Assembly: GCF_964194155.1 (NCBI RefSeq)
Contig: NC_135909.1
Location: 11,408,001 to 11,472,000, forward strand
DNA from: Cetorhinus maximus
Lineage: Eukaryota
Length of the DNA: 64,000 bases
Reading direction: 5' to 3'
Shown piece after piece: positions 13,315 through 25,680 of the stretch; the first letter of the stretch is position 1; each line of letters opens with the position of its first letter. The notes below the pieces were generated by a model. The model worked only from the letters and a program-made list of their open reading frames with translations, made no database searches and was not told the origin of the DNA. The translations under genes and the position numbers were made by a program.

Positions 13315-13959
13315 CTTCAGTTTCAGACACAGAAATAAACCAAACCCCTTCCGAGCGCCGATTAAATAGACAGTCTCCCAGTTCTATGCTAATGAAGGAT
13401 TGGGAAAAGATGACTCTGAATGGACAGTTTAAAGGCTAAACCAGCCTCTAAATATATAATTTCAGGATTGGATATGGAACCAGGCCAATCAGATTGTGAT
13501 TTCTCGCCCCCACTCCTCCTCCCACCCCGTTATCAGCCCATTTACTTTAGTCAGGAAATACATTTTACAAAGACTCTCTCCAGCCACAGTTCCTCAGTGT
13601 TTTACTATACATCGGGGAATGTCGCCTGATTGTTTTGCGAGGGTCCGTTCTCCACAGAGAGAGACTATACGGGAAAGCGGGATTCCATCTGTAACAGAGA
13701 GCCCCTGATAAGGTGTGCGAGTGTGGGATTTACTCACTCTGATACTGTGAATGAGTTTGGGATTCATTCACTGTTTGTAAGGCCGTGCTACAGTGAGAGA
13801 GTCTGGGATTTATTCTGTGCTTGTCAGGCTCTGGGACTGAAAGTGATTGTTGATGTTGTTCTGTGTCTGACTGTGATAGTGTTTGAGACTCATTGTGCAT
13901 CTGTCAGTTAGCGGTGCATGTGAGTGAGTGAGGGTTTCATTCTCTCCCTCTGACGGACG

Positions 13960-16900
13960 CCAAGTCCGGAGAGGAGAGGCGGACCCTCAGGGCCTCCAGT
14001 CGGTGGAGTTCAAAGTAACATCACGATTCAAAATATGACGCAGTAAGTAGGTCAGGTAAGTACTTCTACTAATTCTATTAATTAAACTGCTGCAGTCCAT
14101 TAGTTTAAACAAAATAATGTGAGGACTTTGGACTGTAGTAGGAGTGGAATAAGGACCCTAGTGTATTTAGTATTCTTTAAAAGGGAGTAACTAACAAGCT
14201 TGAATTAAAGGGAACTCATGGCAGCAGAGCTCACACCCGCGATATGCTCCTCCTGTGCTATGTGGGAATTCATGGACACTTCCAGTGACCCTGGTGAGCA
14301 TGTGTGCAGGAAGTGCGTCCAGCTGCAGCTACTGGCTAACTGCATTTCGGAGCTGGAGCTGCGGGTGGATTCACCTTGGAGCATCTGTGATGCTGAGATT
14401 ATCGGGGACAGCACATTCAGTGAGGCGGTCACACTGCAGGTAAAGACTGAACAGGCAGAAAGGGAATGGGTGACCACCAGGCAGAGTAGAGGGAGGCAAG
14501 TAGTACAGGAGTCCCCTGTGGCCGTCCCCCTCTCTAACATATATACCGTTTTGGATACTGCTGGGGGAGGCAACATCTCAGGGGAAAGCAGCAGAAGTCC
14601 ATGGCATCACGGGTGGCTCTGCTGCAAAAGAGGGGAGGAAGGAGAGTGGCCGGGCTATAGTGATAGGGGATTCAATAGTAAGGGGAACAGACAGGCGTTG
14701 CTGTGGCCCACAAAATAGACTCCAGGATGGTCTGTTGCCTCCCTGGTGCCAGGATCAAGGATGTCCCAGAGAGCGGCAGGGAATTCTGAAGGGGGGCGGG
14801 GGGGGGGGCGGTGTGAACAGCCAGTGGTCATGGTGCATATTGGTACCAACAACATAGGTAAAAAATAAAACAATGAGCTGCTACAAGCTGAATATAGGGA
14901 GTTAGGATGTGAACTAAAAAGTAGGACATCAAAGGTAGTAATCTCAGGATTATTACTAGTGTCACGTGCTAGCGAGAGTAGAAATATCAGATAGATACAT
15001 GGCTGAAGAAATGGTGTTGGGAGGAGGGATTCAGATTCCTGGGACATTGGGACCGCTTCTGGGGAAAGTGGGACCAGTACAAACAGGACAGGTTGCATCT
15101 GGGCAGAACTGAAGTCAATGTCCTCAGGGGTGGAGAGGTTGGGGGTGGGGGGGGTGGGAGTGGAGGGGTTGGAGGTGGGGGGGTGATGGGAGTGGAGGGG
15201 TTGGGGGTGGGGTGGTGGTGGTGATGGAGGAAAGTGTTTGCTAGTGCGGTTGGGGAGGGTTTAAACTAGAATGGCAGGGGGATGGGAACCTGAGTAGGGA
15301 GACAGAGGAAGGGGAAACGAGGATAGAAAAAAAATGCAGAAAAGTAAGAATCAAAAGTGAAAGGCAGAAAAAAAAGTGTGAAAAACAAATAGGGTCAGAG
15401 TGCAAAATAAAGTGAAGGTGGTTACAAAGTTAAAGAAAAGTTGAAAGGCATCATATCTTAATGTGTGTAACATTTGCAATAAGGTAGATGAATTAACGGT
15501 GCAAATAGTTATAAACGGTTATGATATATTTGCAATTATGAAGACATGGCCACAGGGTGATCAAGGATGCAAACTGAACATCCAGGGGTATTGAATATTT
15601 AGGAAGGGCAGACCAATAGGGAAAGGAGGTGGGGTGGCACTGTTAGTATTGGAGGAAATCAATGCAATAGTGAGGAAGGATATTGGCTTAGAAAATCATG
15701 ATGAGGAATCTGTTTGGCTGGAGATAAGAAACACCAAGGGGCAGAAAACGTTGGTGGGGGTTGTCTATAGGACTCTAAACAGTAATGGAGATGTAAGGGA
15801 AGGCATTAAGCAGGAAATTAGAGATGCATGCAATAAGGATACAACTGTAATTTTAATCTACATACAGATTGGACAAAACACACAGCAATAATGCTGTGGA
15901 GGAGGATTTCCTGGAGTGTGTATGTGATGGTTTTATGGACCAAGATATTGAGGAACCAACTAGAGAGCAGGCTATCATAGACTGGGTGCCATGCAATGAG
16001 CAAGAATTAACTCCCTTGGGGAACAGCGACCATAAAATGATGGAATTGTTCATTAGGATGGATAGTGAAGAAGTTGAATTCAAAACGAAGGTCCTGAACC
16101 TAAATAAAAGGAGCTACGAGGGTCTGAGGCACGAGTTGGCAATGATGGACTGGGGAACCGTACTTAAAAGGTTGACCAGTGGATAGGCAATGGCTAATAT
16201 TTAAGGAACGTATGCATGAATTACAACAATTATTCATTCCTGTCTGGCACAAAAATAAAATAGGAAAGGTGGCAAAACCATGGCTTACAAAAGAAATTAG
16301 GGATAGAATTAGATCCAAAGAGGAGACATATTAAATTGCCAGAAAAGAGAGCAAGCCTGAAGATTTGGAGCAGTTTAGGATTCAGAAAAAGTGGACAAAA
16401 AGATTCGTCAAGCAGGGGAAAATGGAGTATGAGATTAAACTCACAAGGGACATAAAAACTGACTGTAAAGGCTTCTATAAATATGTGAAGAGAAAAAGAT
16501 TAGCAAAGACAAATGTAGGTCCCTTATAGTCAGAACTGGGGGAAGTTATAATGGGAAACAAAGAAATGGCAGGAGAATTGAACACATATTTTAGTTCTGT
16601 CTTCACAAAAGAGGACACTAATAATTTTCCAGAAATGTTAGGGAACCAAGGGTCTAGCAAGAGGGAGGAATTGAAGAAAACTAGTATTAGTTTAAAAATT
16701 GTGGTCAAGAAATTAATGGGGTTAAAGGCTGAAAAACCCCCAGGATTTGATGATCTACATCCCAGACTACTAAAGGAAGTGCCCCAGGAAATATTGGATG
16801 CATTGGTGGTCATCATTGAAAATCTCTCGACTCGGGAGCAATTCCTACAGATTGGAGGGTGGCAATTGTAACCCCGCTATTTAAACAAGGAGGGAGAGAA

Positions 16901-17620
16901 AAAACAGAACTACAGGCCAGTTAGCCTAACATCAGTAGTGGGGAAAATTCTAGAGTCTATTATAAAAGACATGGTAACTGAACACTTGGAAAGCATTAAT
17001 AGGATTAGACAAAGTCAGTATGGGTTTATGGAAGGGAAATCATGCTTAACTAATCTACTGAAGTTTTTGGAGGGTGTAACTAGTAGAAAAGATAAGGGAG
17101 AACCAGTGGATTGTATTGAATATTGATGTACAGTCTATCACCAGAAAATGAGACAGAGAGCTCAAGGAAGGGAAGTGTCAGAGTTGGACCATGAAGGTGA
17201 TAAGGGATGGAAATTGGAAGCCAAATTGATCATTTTTTCCAGGTCCAGGTGAGAGCATGAAGCAGCACCGAAATGGTCATCGGTGTACCGAAGAAAGAGT
17301 TGCGGGAGGGGGCCTGAGTAGGACTGGAACAAGGAATGTTCCACATACCCCATAAAGATGTTTCAGTGCGGCTTCATGGTCTCGTTTTCACTGAGAGGGT
17401 GGTCAGCCTGTGGAATTCTCTACCACAGAAGGCTGGGGAGGCCGGGTCACAGAGTATATTCAAGAAAGAAATTGGTACATTTTTGGATATTTGGGGCATC
17501 AAGGGGTATGGAGAGAAAGAGGGAATATGGCGTTGAGATAGAGGACCAGCCATGATCATATTGAATGGTGGAGCAGGCTCAAGGGGCCGAATGGCCTACT
17601 CTTGATCATTGTTTCTATGA
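13960..17620 (+). mobile_element. CR1 LINE, internally deleted and decayed, with 3' tail
   Basis: ORF1 CSSCAMW...HVCRKC...IGDSIVRG; ORF2 GVVYR, GNSDH, LHPRLLKE, SQYGFMEGKSCLTNLL; tail aaggggccgaatggcctactc; absent from the paralogous flank at ~39150. Confidence 0.9.
17130..17356 (-). mobile_element. Penelope-like RT fragment nested in CR1
   Basis: MGYVEHSLFQSYSGPLPQLFLRYTDD...NFHP resembles the PLE RT RY(I/V)DD region. Confidence 0.8.
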
Positions 17621-18361
17621 TATACCAGTTTGGGATAAATGCTGTATCTGTCATTCTGACCACAATATGAGAGTGTTGGATTGATTCCATACCTGCTAGT
17701 CCCTGTAAATGTCTGTAAATGAAATTCATCCTGCGTTTGTCAGTCTCTGGCACTGTAAGTCAATGTGGTATCGATTCTAGATCATTCAGTCTATGGTACT
17801 ATCTAATTGTGCACTTCTCATTCACTGTCGGAGCCTGGTTCTGTGTCTGAAGGTGGGATTAATTTTGGACATTCCAACATCTGCTGCTCAATGTGAGTGT
17901 GGAATTCAGTCTGGATCTGTCAGTGTCAAGTGTTGAACAGGAATGTGGGAGTCATTCTCAATATCTGGGAATCTTTGAAACACATTGTGCATCTGTTAGT
18001 CTGTGGTGCTGTATGGGAAAGTGGGATTTATTTTGTCTGTCAGGCTCTGGTAATCTGTGCGAGTTTTCGATACATTTTGTAACACTCAATCCCTGATGCT
18101 GTGCACAACTTTGTCCATCCCTAATTGCCCTTGTTCAGAGGGTATTTAAGAGACAACCACGTTACTACGGGTCAGGGGTCTGGAGTTACCAGTCGGATCA
18201 TGTAAAAGAGGCAGGTTTTGCTTGGTTTTTGACGATAATCGACAATCAGAGTTTTGATTTCAAATTTCACAATCTGCCATGGTGGGATTCGAAACTGGGT
18301 CCCCTGGGTCTCTAGAATACTTGTCCAGTGACAATAACACTGTGGCACTCCCTCCTCATCT

Positions 18362-18433
18362 AGCAGAGTGGCTCAGCGGAAGCGTGCTGGACCCATAACC
18401 CAGAGCTCGATGGATTGAAACCATCTTCTGCTA
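18362..18433 (+). pseudogene. Degenerate tRNA-iMet
   Basis: Five substitutions vs canonical iMet, including B-box GATCGAAA>GATTGAAA and an anticodon-stem mismatch; TTTT follows. Confidence 0.85.
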
Positions 18434-19549
18434 TTTTCATTCTCATTAATGACTGTGGGATTCATTCTGTCTCTATCAGACTTTGATTCTGAACGTGTGC
18501 TTATGATTCCTCTGTGTCTCAGTGTTTGGCACTGGGTGAAAGTCTGATTCATTCTCAACTTCTGAATGTCAAACAGTCTCAGATGTATTCTGTATCTACT
18601 GGTCAGCTGTACTGTGTGAGATGTGGGATCCATTCTGCATTTGTCTGTCTCTGTTACTGTAGTGAGTGGGTGATTTATTCTGTACTGGTCAGTCGTTGGT
18701 GCTGTGAGTAATGGGCTTCATTCTGTATCTGTCAGACTCTGGTGGAGTGTGTGTATTGTGCAGTTTGTCAGTGCCTGGTAACATGTTGGGTTTGTTCAGT
18801 AGTTCACCCTGTCTGATTTTCTGTGTGAATGTGAGGTTTATTTTATCATTCTCAATCTTTGATGTGGGTTATGATTCTAGGGTTAACTCTGGATCTGTGC
18901 TCAATAGTTATTGGAGGGAACTGAAACGAGGTGCAGCCCTGTCGAAATTTGTTGATGCCATTATTCTCTCAATATTGAAAATCTCCAGTTCAGAACTAGA
19001 ATCCTACACACAGCGCAGCTCCCAGTAAATGTTGCAGTATCCTATCCAAGCTGCATTTCCCAGATTTTACCAGCTGTGAATCCTTTGATCAGTATTTGGG
19101 TATTTCAATGGAGGAACATCTGCCTGTTGACCCAATTCCATGGTGTTTTTGGGAGTAGTAGCCATAGGAGTGGAATTGAAATCCAGCTGTTTCCCTCTCT
19201 CTAATATTATTTCAATGAAATCGGTACTTAATACAGAAAGCATTAGTCCATCACACACTCTGATTAATTAAACCCTCTATCCATTATTACTAAGGCATTG
19301 GTTGTGATTTTGAGTCCCACCTGAGTTGAGTTTTCAGTCAAATTTCATGTTTTATTTGTGCAAAACTTAAACTCATCCAGGGAAAAGGAACAGACATTTT
19401 CTGTCAGAAAGAGGCAGCTAATTTGCACATAGGAAACCTCCAAAAGTGCCAATGTGACCATGTTTTGGGCTGTTGATTGAGACGTAAATATCAGCGACTG
19501 TGTGGGCGGAGGGGGAAGAGAATAATGCCACTGCTCGTGTCTTCGGCAG

Positions 19550-19720
19550 AGCACCATGGAATCACTTACAACAAAATGAGAGGCTGGAGGGAGCTTCGTT
19601 TTAATGCATCTTCTGAAGGATAGCACCTCGAATAGTGGAGCCCTCCCTCAGTGCTGTACTAGAGTATCAATCTTCTTTGTTACACACAAATTCCAGTGTG
19701 GGATTTGAAAAAAAACACCT
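19550..19720 (-). mobile_element. Degenerate DeuSINE-like fragment
   Basis: gcacctcgaatagtggagccctccctcagtgctgtact resembles the reverse of the Deu domain (recalled consensus). Confidence 0.45.
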
Positions 19721-20599
19721 TTGTGTTCCAAAGGCGACTGTGACCAGGTCAGTCCCAGTGAAAGTGTTTAAGAAATCGACCAATCAACAGCTACATGACT
19801 GGGGCAATTATGAGGTCTTCCCCTGGCAGGTCACATGACAGCTGGAGCCACAAGGCATCACAACCAGATTTGTGACTGGATTCAAACCCAAAATCCTGTC
19901 AATGATTTTTCAAATTAAGCTGTCAGCTGCTTGAAAATGCAGCAGTTAAACTTCCTGTCTGATCATGAGGAGAGCTAGGGAGCTAGAGCTAATTACAAAA
20001 CTAAATCCTTTAATAAAACAGTTCAAAAACCATCAAGATTGAAATCCTGTGAGGAAAAATCAAATTATTATTGAGAACTCTGCTGGGAGAACTTCATTGG
20101 ACAGCAGAGAAATCAGGTGAAGAATCCAAGTAAATCGACACCAGCGAACAAGTTAAAATCAAAAGCGGAGTAACTCCTGTCAAAAGCTGAGAGTTCTGTG
20201 CATCATCAGTTCATCGGGTCGAGATATTATCTGGATTAAGCTTTCTGTTTAGAACAGGGTTTAATGAACTAAGTGGAATAGACACGTCATTGCAGAACAA
20301 GTAAGTCATCTCTAGATTTTCTTGAGTTCCAATTTATTGAAACATTGAATTCTGATGAACTAGAATTACAGTGCAAATGAATTGATAATTCATAAACAAA
20401 CTGTTTTCGAATAAATAAAGTAGAACAATTATTTTACAAAAAGTCCCAGAGTGACCTGCAAGCTCAAACACAGAGAGAGTGAATTGCAGAGTGAAGAGTT
20501 TAAAATGTGGATTTTGTGGAGAGTGGGGATTAGGTGCAGACGGGGAAGGAGCTGATGTGTAATTGAAACCGAGACAACAGCAAAAGTAGAAGAGAGAAA

Positions 20600-23500
20600 G
20601 AGAGGAACATTCGAAATAACATGAACTTTAATTAAATGGCTCATTTCAGTGAAGTGTTGGGACAGCTGAGAGCTGTTGCCTACACATCCTGTGCTCTGTG
20701 GGAACTGCAAAGAAACATGATGATAAGTGTCAGATTCATAATACATTAGAGAACCAAGCAGAATATAGAAAGCACAGAGGAGAGCTGAAAAAGGAAATTA
20801 GGTCAGCCAAGAGAGTGTATGAGAAAAGACTAGAAAGTAACCTAACCAAAAACAGAAGACTTTTACCAATGTATAGACAGTTACTGAAAAGGTCATCTGA
20901 TTAGAAGATCCTGTGGTGGCAGAGGGCCGAGGCACTAAATGAGAACAGTTCATCTGTCATCACGAAACAAGCGGATGCTGCTAATCTCACAGTAAAGGAG
21001 GAGCTGGTGGAGAAATTGGATAGGATGAAAATAGATAAAGAGGAGGCCATCAGAAGGTTGGCAGCGTTCACTGTAGAAATGCCACATAACCTGGATGGGA
21101 TACATCCTGGATTCCTGAGGGAAGGAAGGGGGAAAATAGAGGAAGCTCGAGTCACAATCTTTCAAACCTCCTTGGATATGGGAGTGAAGCCAGAGAACTG
21201 CAGGTTGTTAATGTTACATCCATGTTTATAATGGAGACGGATAAAGCTAGGAACAACAGACCAGTTAGTCTAATGCTGGTGGTGGGGAAACATTGAGACA
21301 CAATAATCCAGGACAAAATTCATTGTCACTTGGTAGAACCTGGGTTGATAAATGACAACCAGCACAGATTGGTTAACAGAAAACCATGGCAAATACTTAA
21401 TGAAGTTCTTTGATGAAGTTTCAAAGAACATTGCCCAGGCTAGTGAGGTTGACAGTGTTTGTCAGGATTTCCAAAGGGGTTTGAAAAAGACTTGTTAGTA
21501 AAATTCAAGCAGATGGGACTAAAGGGGCAGGGGCAACATTGATGCAAAATTGAATAAGGGACAGAAAGGAGAAAGTAGTGGTGAATGGCTGTTTTTAAGC
21601 GTGGAGAGATTTATACTGAACTGATTCTCTGTCATGTCAGCTGGCTGTTGTGTTTGCATTCCCAGAGCTTTTACATTTCAAATACTTCCAGCCTATATCC
21701 AAGTTTGCTGATGGCACTAGGTTAGGTGACATGGTTAGTAGTGTAGGCAGGAGCAGCAAGTTTCAAAGGCTCATTGACAGATTCAGTGAGTGAACAAAAC
21801 TGTGGCCGATGGTGGTCAACATGGGGAAGTGTGAGGTCACCCATCTTGGGGCAAAGAAAGATCAGAGAATTTCCTAAACAGTCAGAAACTTGGGACTGTG
21901 GAGGAGCTGAGAGTGAGAGTGAGAGCTGAATGAGACTGGAGGGCGGATAAAGAGCAGCGGCAGAGCAGCCCGAGAGCAGCAGTGAGAGAGAGAAGGAGAG
22001 AAGAGAGAGAGCGGTGGGGGGGATAAAGAGCTGTGAGGGAGGGGTTGGAGCAAACCGGCCATTTTTATAATAAATAGTCAAAGCATGATATCAGGGGAAA
22101 GAAGGGAGCTGGTTGGTTTGTGCAGATTTCTCTAAATGAGGCATTGATTAAACGAGGAGCTGGAAAATTAAACATTTCAATCAGGGCAATTATAAGAGTA
22201 TTAGTGCAGAACAGGTCTTGAGGTATTTAATATAAATAACAATTTAAACAAGGTACAAACTGGATTCTAAAAGAGGGAATAGAGGTTTGTTTTCGATCAT
22301 GGATGGGCAGCTGAGAACCTGTTGTTTGCAGTTCCTGCCCCATGTGGGAACCTCAGGACACTTCATGTGACTTGGGGGCCACATGTGCAGGAAGTGTCTC
22401 CAGCTGCTTGAGCTCGAGCTCAGGATTTCCGAGCTTGAGGGGCAGCTGGAGTCACTGTGGAGCATCAGGGTGGATGACAGATTCCTGGATCGTACATTCC
22501 AGGAGCTGAACACCTCAAAGGGAGAGAGAGAGAGATCAGGATAGTAGATGAGTGTCAATCCGGAAGAGTAGGAAAAGGCAGGAAATACAGGAGTGTTCGG
22601 GTTGTGTGCCACTGTCAAACCGGTACTCGGCAGTGGAGACTGCTGGGAATGGTGATACCCTGAAGGAGTGCAGTCCAGACCATGGCATCAATGGGCAAGA
22701 AACTGCACAGGAGGGAACAGCAAAGAGTAGAAATGCAGTCATTAGTGGAGATTTCATAGTCAGGGGGACAGACAGGCATTTCTGTCACCGTCATTGAGAG
22801 TCCCACATGGTGTGATTTCCCTGCAGATGTGCTCCTCTATCTCCCTCTCTCTCACCTTTTTGGGGGCCAATTGAATATCCCCGTGAGTGTGATCATCCTC
22901 TTATTATTCCTCAGCTCCAATAAATGAATTCTGCCCTTGTCCTTTTGAGGATATTGTCTCTTACCAAGATTACAGTGACTTCCTTAATTAGTACTGCCAA
23001 CCCATCTCCCTTTTCCCTTCTCTATCTTTTCTGAACACTTTGCATCAGTGAAAATTAAGCACCCAGTCCTCACCATTTTTAAACCACGTTTTCGTCATTG
23101 CCACGACATCATATTCCCACACGGCTATTTGTGCTTCTAGCTCATCAACATTATTCACCACACTTTATGCCATAATACACATGTCCTTGTATCTCTCTTA
23201 GATTCCTTCTTCATCTACTCCTATCTTGTATGTTCCCACTTCTTCCACAATTATTCCTCAGTTCTGCTTCTATATACTGATGCCCACCCCGTGCCTATTT
23301 AGTTCAAACTCTCCTGAATCACACAAGTGACCCTCCCCATGAGGAAATTGGTCCCAGCCCTATTAAGGTACAACCTGTTCCTTTTGAATAGGTGTTTCCT
23401 GCCCCAGAACTGGTCTCAATGTTCCAAGAATCTGAATCCCTCCCTCCTGCACCAGCCTCAAGCCACATATCGATTCTCCCCATCTTCATTTCTACTCTCA

Positions 23501-24120
23501 CTAGCACGTGGCACTGGCAGTAATCCCGAGATTACTCCTTTTGAGGGCCCACTTTTTAACTACCTCCCTCGCTGCTGGAATTCTGACTGAGGGACCTCAA
23601 TACCTGTCCTCCCCGTGTCAATGATACTGACGTGTACGACAACCTCTGGCTCATTCCCTTCCCCCTGCTGGGTTCTCAGCTAGTTACAATTTATATTAAT
23701 GACTCGGATGAAAGGACAGACCAGACAAAGTTGCTGACAATACATAGATAGGTGGGAAAGGAAGTTGTGAGGAGGACACAGAATCTACAAAACAATATAG
23801 ATATGTTAAGTCAGTGGGAAAAATGTGGCACGTGGACTATACTGTCAGAAAATGTGAGGATTTCCACTTTGGTGGGACAAATAGAAAAGCAGATCATTAT
23901 GTAAATGTGAAGAGATTGCAAAATACTGTGGTTCAGACAGATCCTGGACATGAATCACAAAAAGTTAACATGTAGTTCGAGCAAGTAATTAGGAATGCAA
24001 ATGGATGTTGGTCTTTATTGCAAAGACAATGGAGAATGAAAGCAGAGATGCCTTGCTGCAACTGTACATTGGTGAGACTACAGTTCGAACACTGTGTACA
24101 GCTTTGGTCATTTTGTCGAA
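20600..24120. mobile_element. Nested CR1 fragments (+ ORF2 ~20600-21900; + 5'/ORF1 ~21900-22820; - ORF1/APE ~22850-23670; + RT end ~23670-24120)
   Basis: DGIHPGFLRE, caagtttgctgatg (KFAD), HMCRKCLQLL, ISGDFIVRGTDR motifs. Confidence 0.75.
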
Positions 24121-24124
24121 GGAG

Positions 24125-25311
24125 CAACATATGCCCAACATCGCCATCATTCTGATGGCCAGCTTTGTGTGTGGCTGCATCAAACTGTGCGTAGACCCCC
24201 GGTTCACAAACACCAAGTGTCACTACGTGCAGAGGTTCTACCTGTTGCGAAGGATGGGTCTGGCCACGCTGCCGCGGAACGCTCCAAGTAGTTGGACCGT
24301 GCGGTACCACCTGTCCCTTGTGGAAGAATTTATGCAGAGAAATACTTTTGACCACAAGTCCTTCAGACAGTGGTCGGCACATAATGTCTTAGAGGCCCTG
24401 CGGGAAAAGGAGAGGGTGGATCCTGCCGGGTGGTTCCTCGAGCAGACTGTCAAAGTCATTTGGCAGAATGCCTCATCACCAGAACTTTCCAACAAGCACC
24501 AAGATGTAGCTTGGCTGGTGGTGAGAAAGGCCCTCCCTATCAGATCCTTCCTGCACACCAGGAGTCTCACCCCCTCCGCACACTGCCCTTGAGGTGGCTG
24601 TAGTGGGGAAGAGACCATTGTTCACCTCCTTGTGAAATGTGCCTTTGTGGAAAGTCTGGGGAGAGATGCAGCGGTTTTTGTCGAGGTTCATCCCGAGCAG
24701 TTCTGTGACACAGGACTCTGTGCTCTATGGGCTGTTCCCAGGGACACACACCGAGACAAACATCAACTGCAGCAGGAGGATCATCAACTTGGTAAAAGAT
24801 GCCCTTTGGTCTGCCCGAAAGTTGTTGATCTTCCAGTGCAAAGAGTTGCCCCCGACTGAATGTTGCAGACTGGCACATTCCAAGGTCCAAGACTACGTGC
24901 TGCGGGATGCACTAAAGCTTGGGGCAGCCGCCACAAAGGCGCAATGAGGAAAGGTCACTGTCTATGACCTTTCTGCCATAGTGCACCGAGGGGCTGGGAA
25001 TTGTATAGACCCCTCGGCTGTATGACTCACAAGGAATGTACATAGTGAAAGCTACATGTGTCTCAATTATATTGAAGCACTTCAAAGTGCAACATGTTGT
25101 ATATCGATAACTCCAATACCATTGCACTGTCTGACTGACTGTGATGACTATATTGAAAATACTGTAATGTTCATTGCTGGTATTAATTGCTCCTCGTGAT
25201 CCATGAGGAAAAGTTGAATTTGATTGCACTTTTTGTGATGGCCATTTGGAAATGTTTTGTAATGTTCTTTCAGATATTTTATGAATAAAGTATATTTTTC
25301 CAAAAAAAAAA
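24125..25311 (+). mobile_element. 5'-truncated Tx1/L1-like LINE with poly(A), inserted in a CR1
   Basis: C-terminal zinc knuckle CP*GGCSGEETIVHLLVKC; VKDALWSAR; AATAAA 25284-25289, A10 25302-25311; CR1 sequence resumes afterwards. Confidence 0.75.
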
Positions 25312-25680
25312 GTAGCTCAGAGAAGGTTCACTTGGTTTATTCCTGGGATGAGGGGTTGTCCCTTGAGGAAACATTAAGCAGTTTGGGCCAATAGTCATTT
25401 AAGTTTAGAAGAATGAGAGGTAATCTTATTAGATCTTAAAATGTTCTGAGGGGGAAAGATGCTGAGAGGATGTTTCCCCTCATGGGGGAATCTAGAACGA
25501 GGGGGGGGGGGCACAGTTTCAAAATGATGGGTCTCCTTCTTAAGACAAAGATGAGGAGAAATTTCTTCTCTCAATGGATCTTAAATCTTTGAAATTCTCT
25601 ACCTCAGACAGCAGTGGATGCAGGGTCATTGAATATATTCAAAGCTGAATTAGACAGATTTTTGAATGACAAAAGCCTTG
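25312..25680 (+). mobile_element. CR1 3' portion
   Basis: tcagagaaggttcac...agaagaatgagaggtaatcttatt ORF2 C-terminus. Confidence 0.7.

Noticed and set aside
12900-13439. 179 aa ORF across the H3/H2B junction
   Set aside because: Spans promoter and antisense H2B; no recognisable protein
19720-20430. Possible solo LTR (also ~40720-41300)
   Set aside because: No clear TG...CA termini, PBS/PPT or TSD could be established
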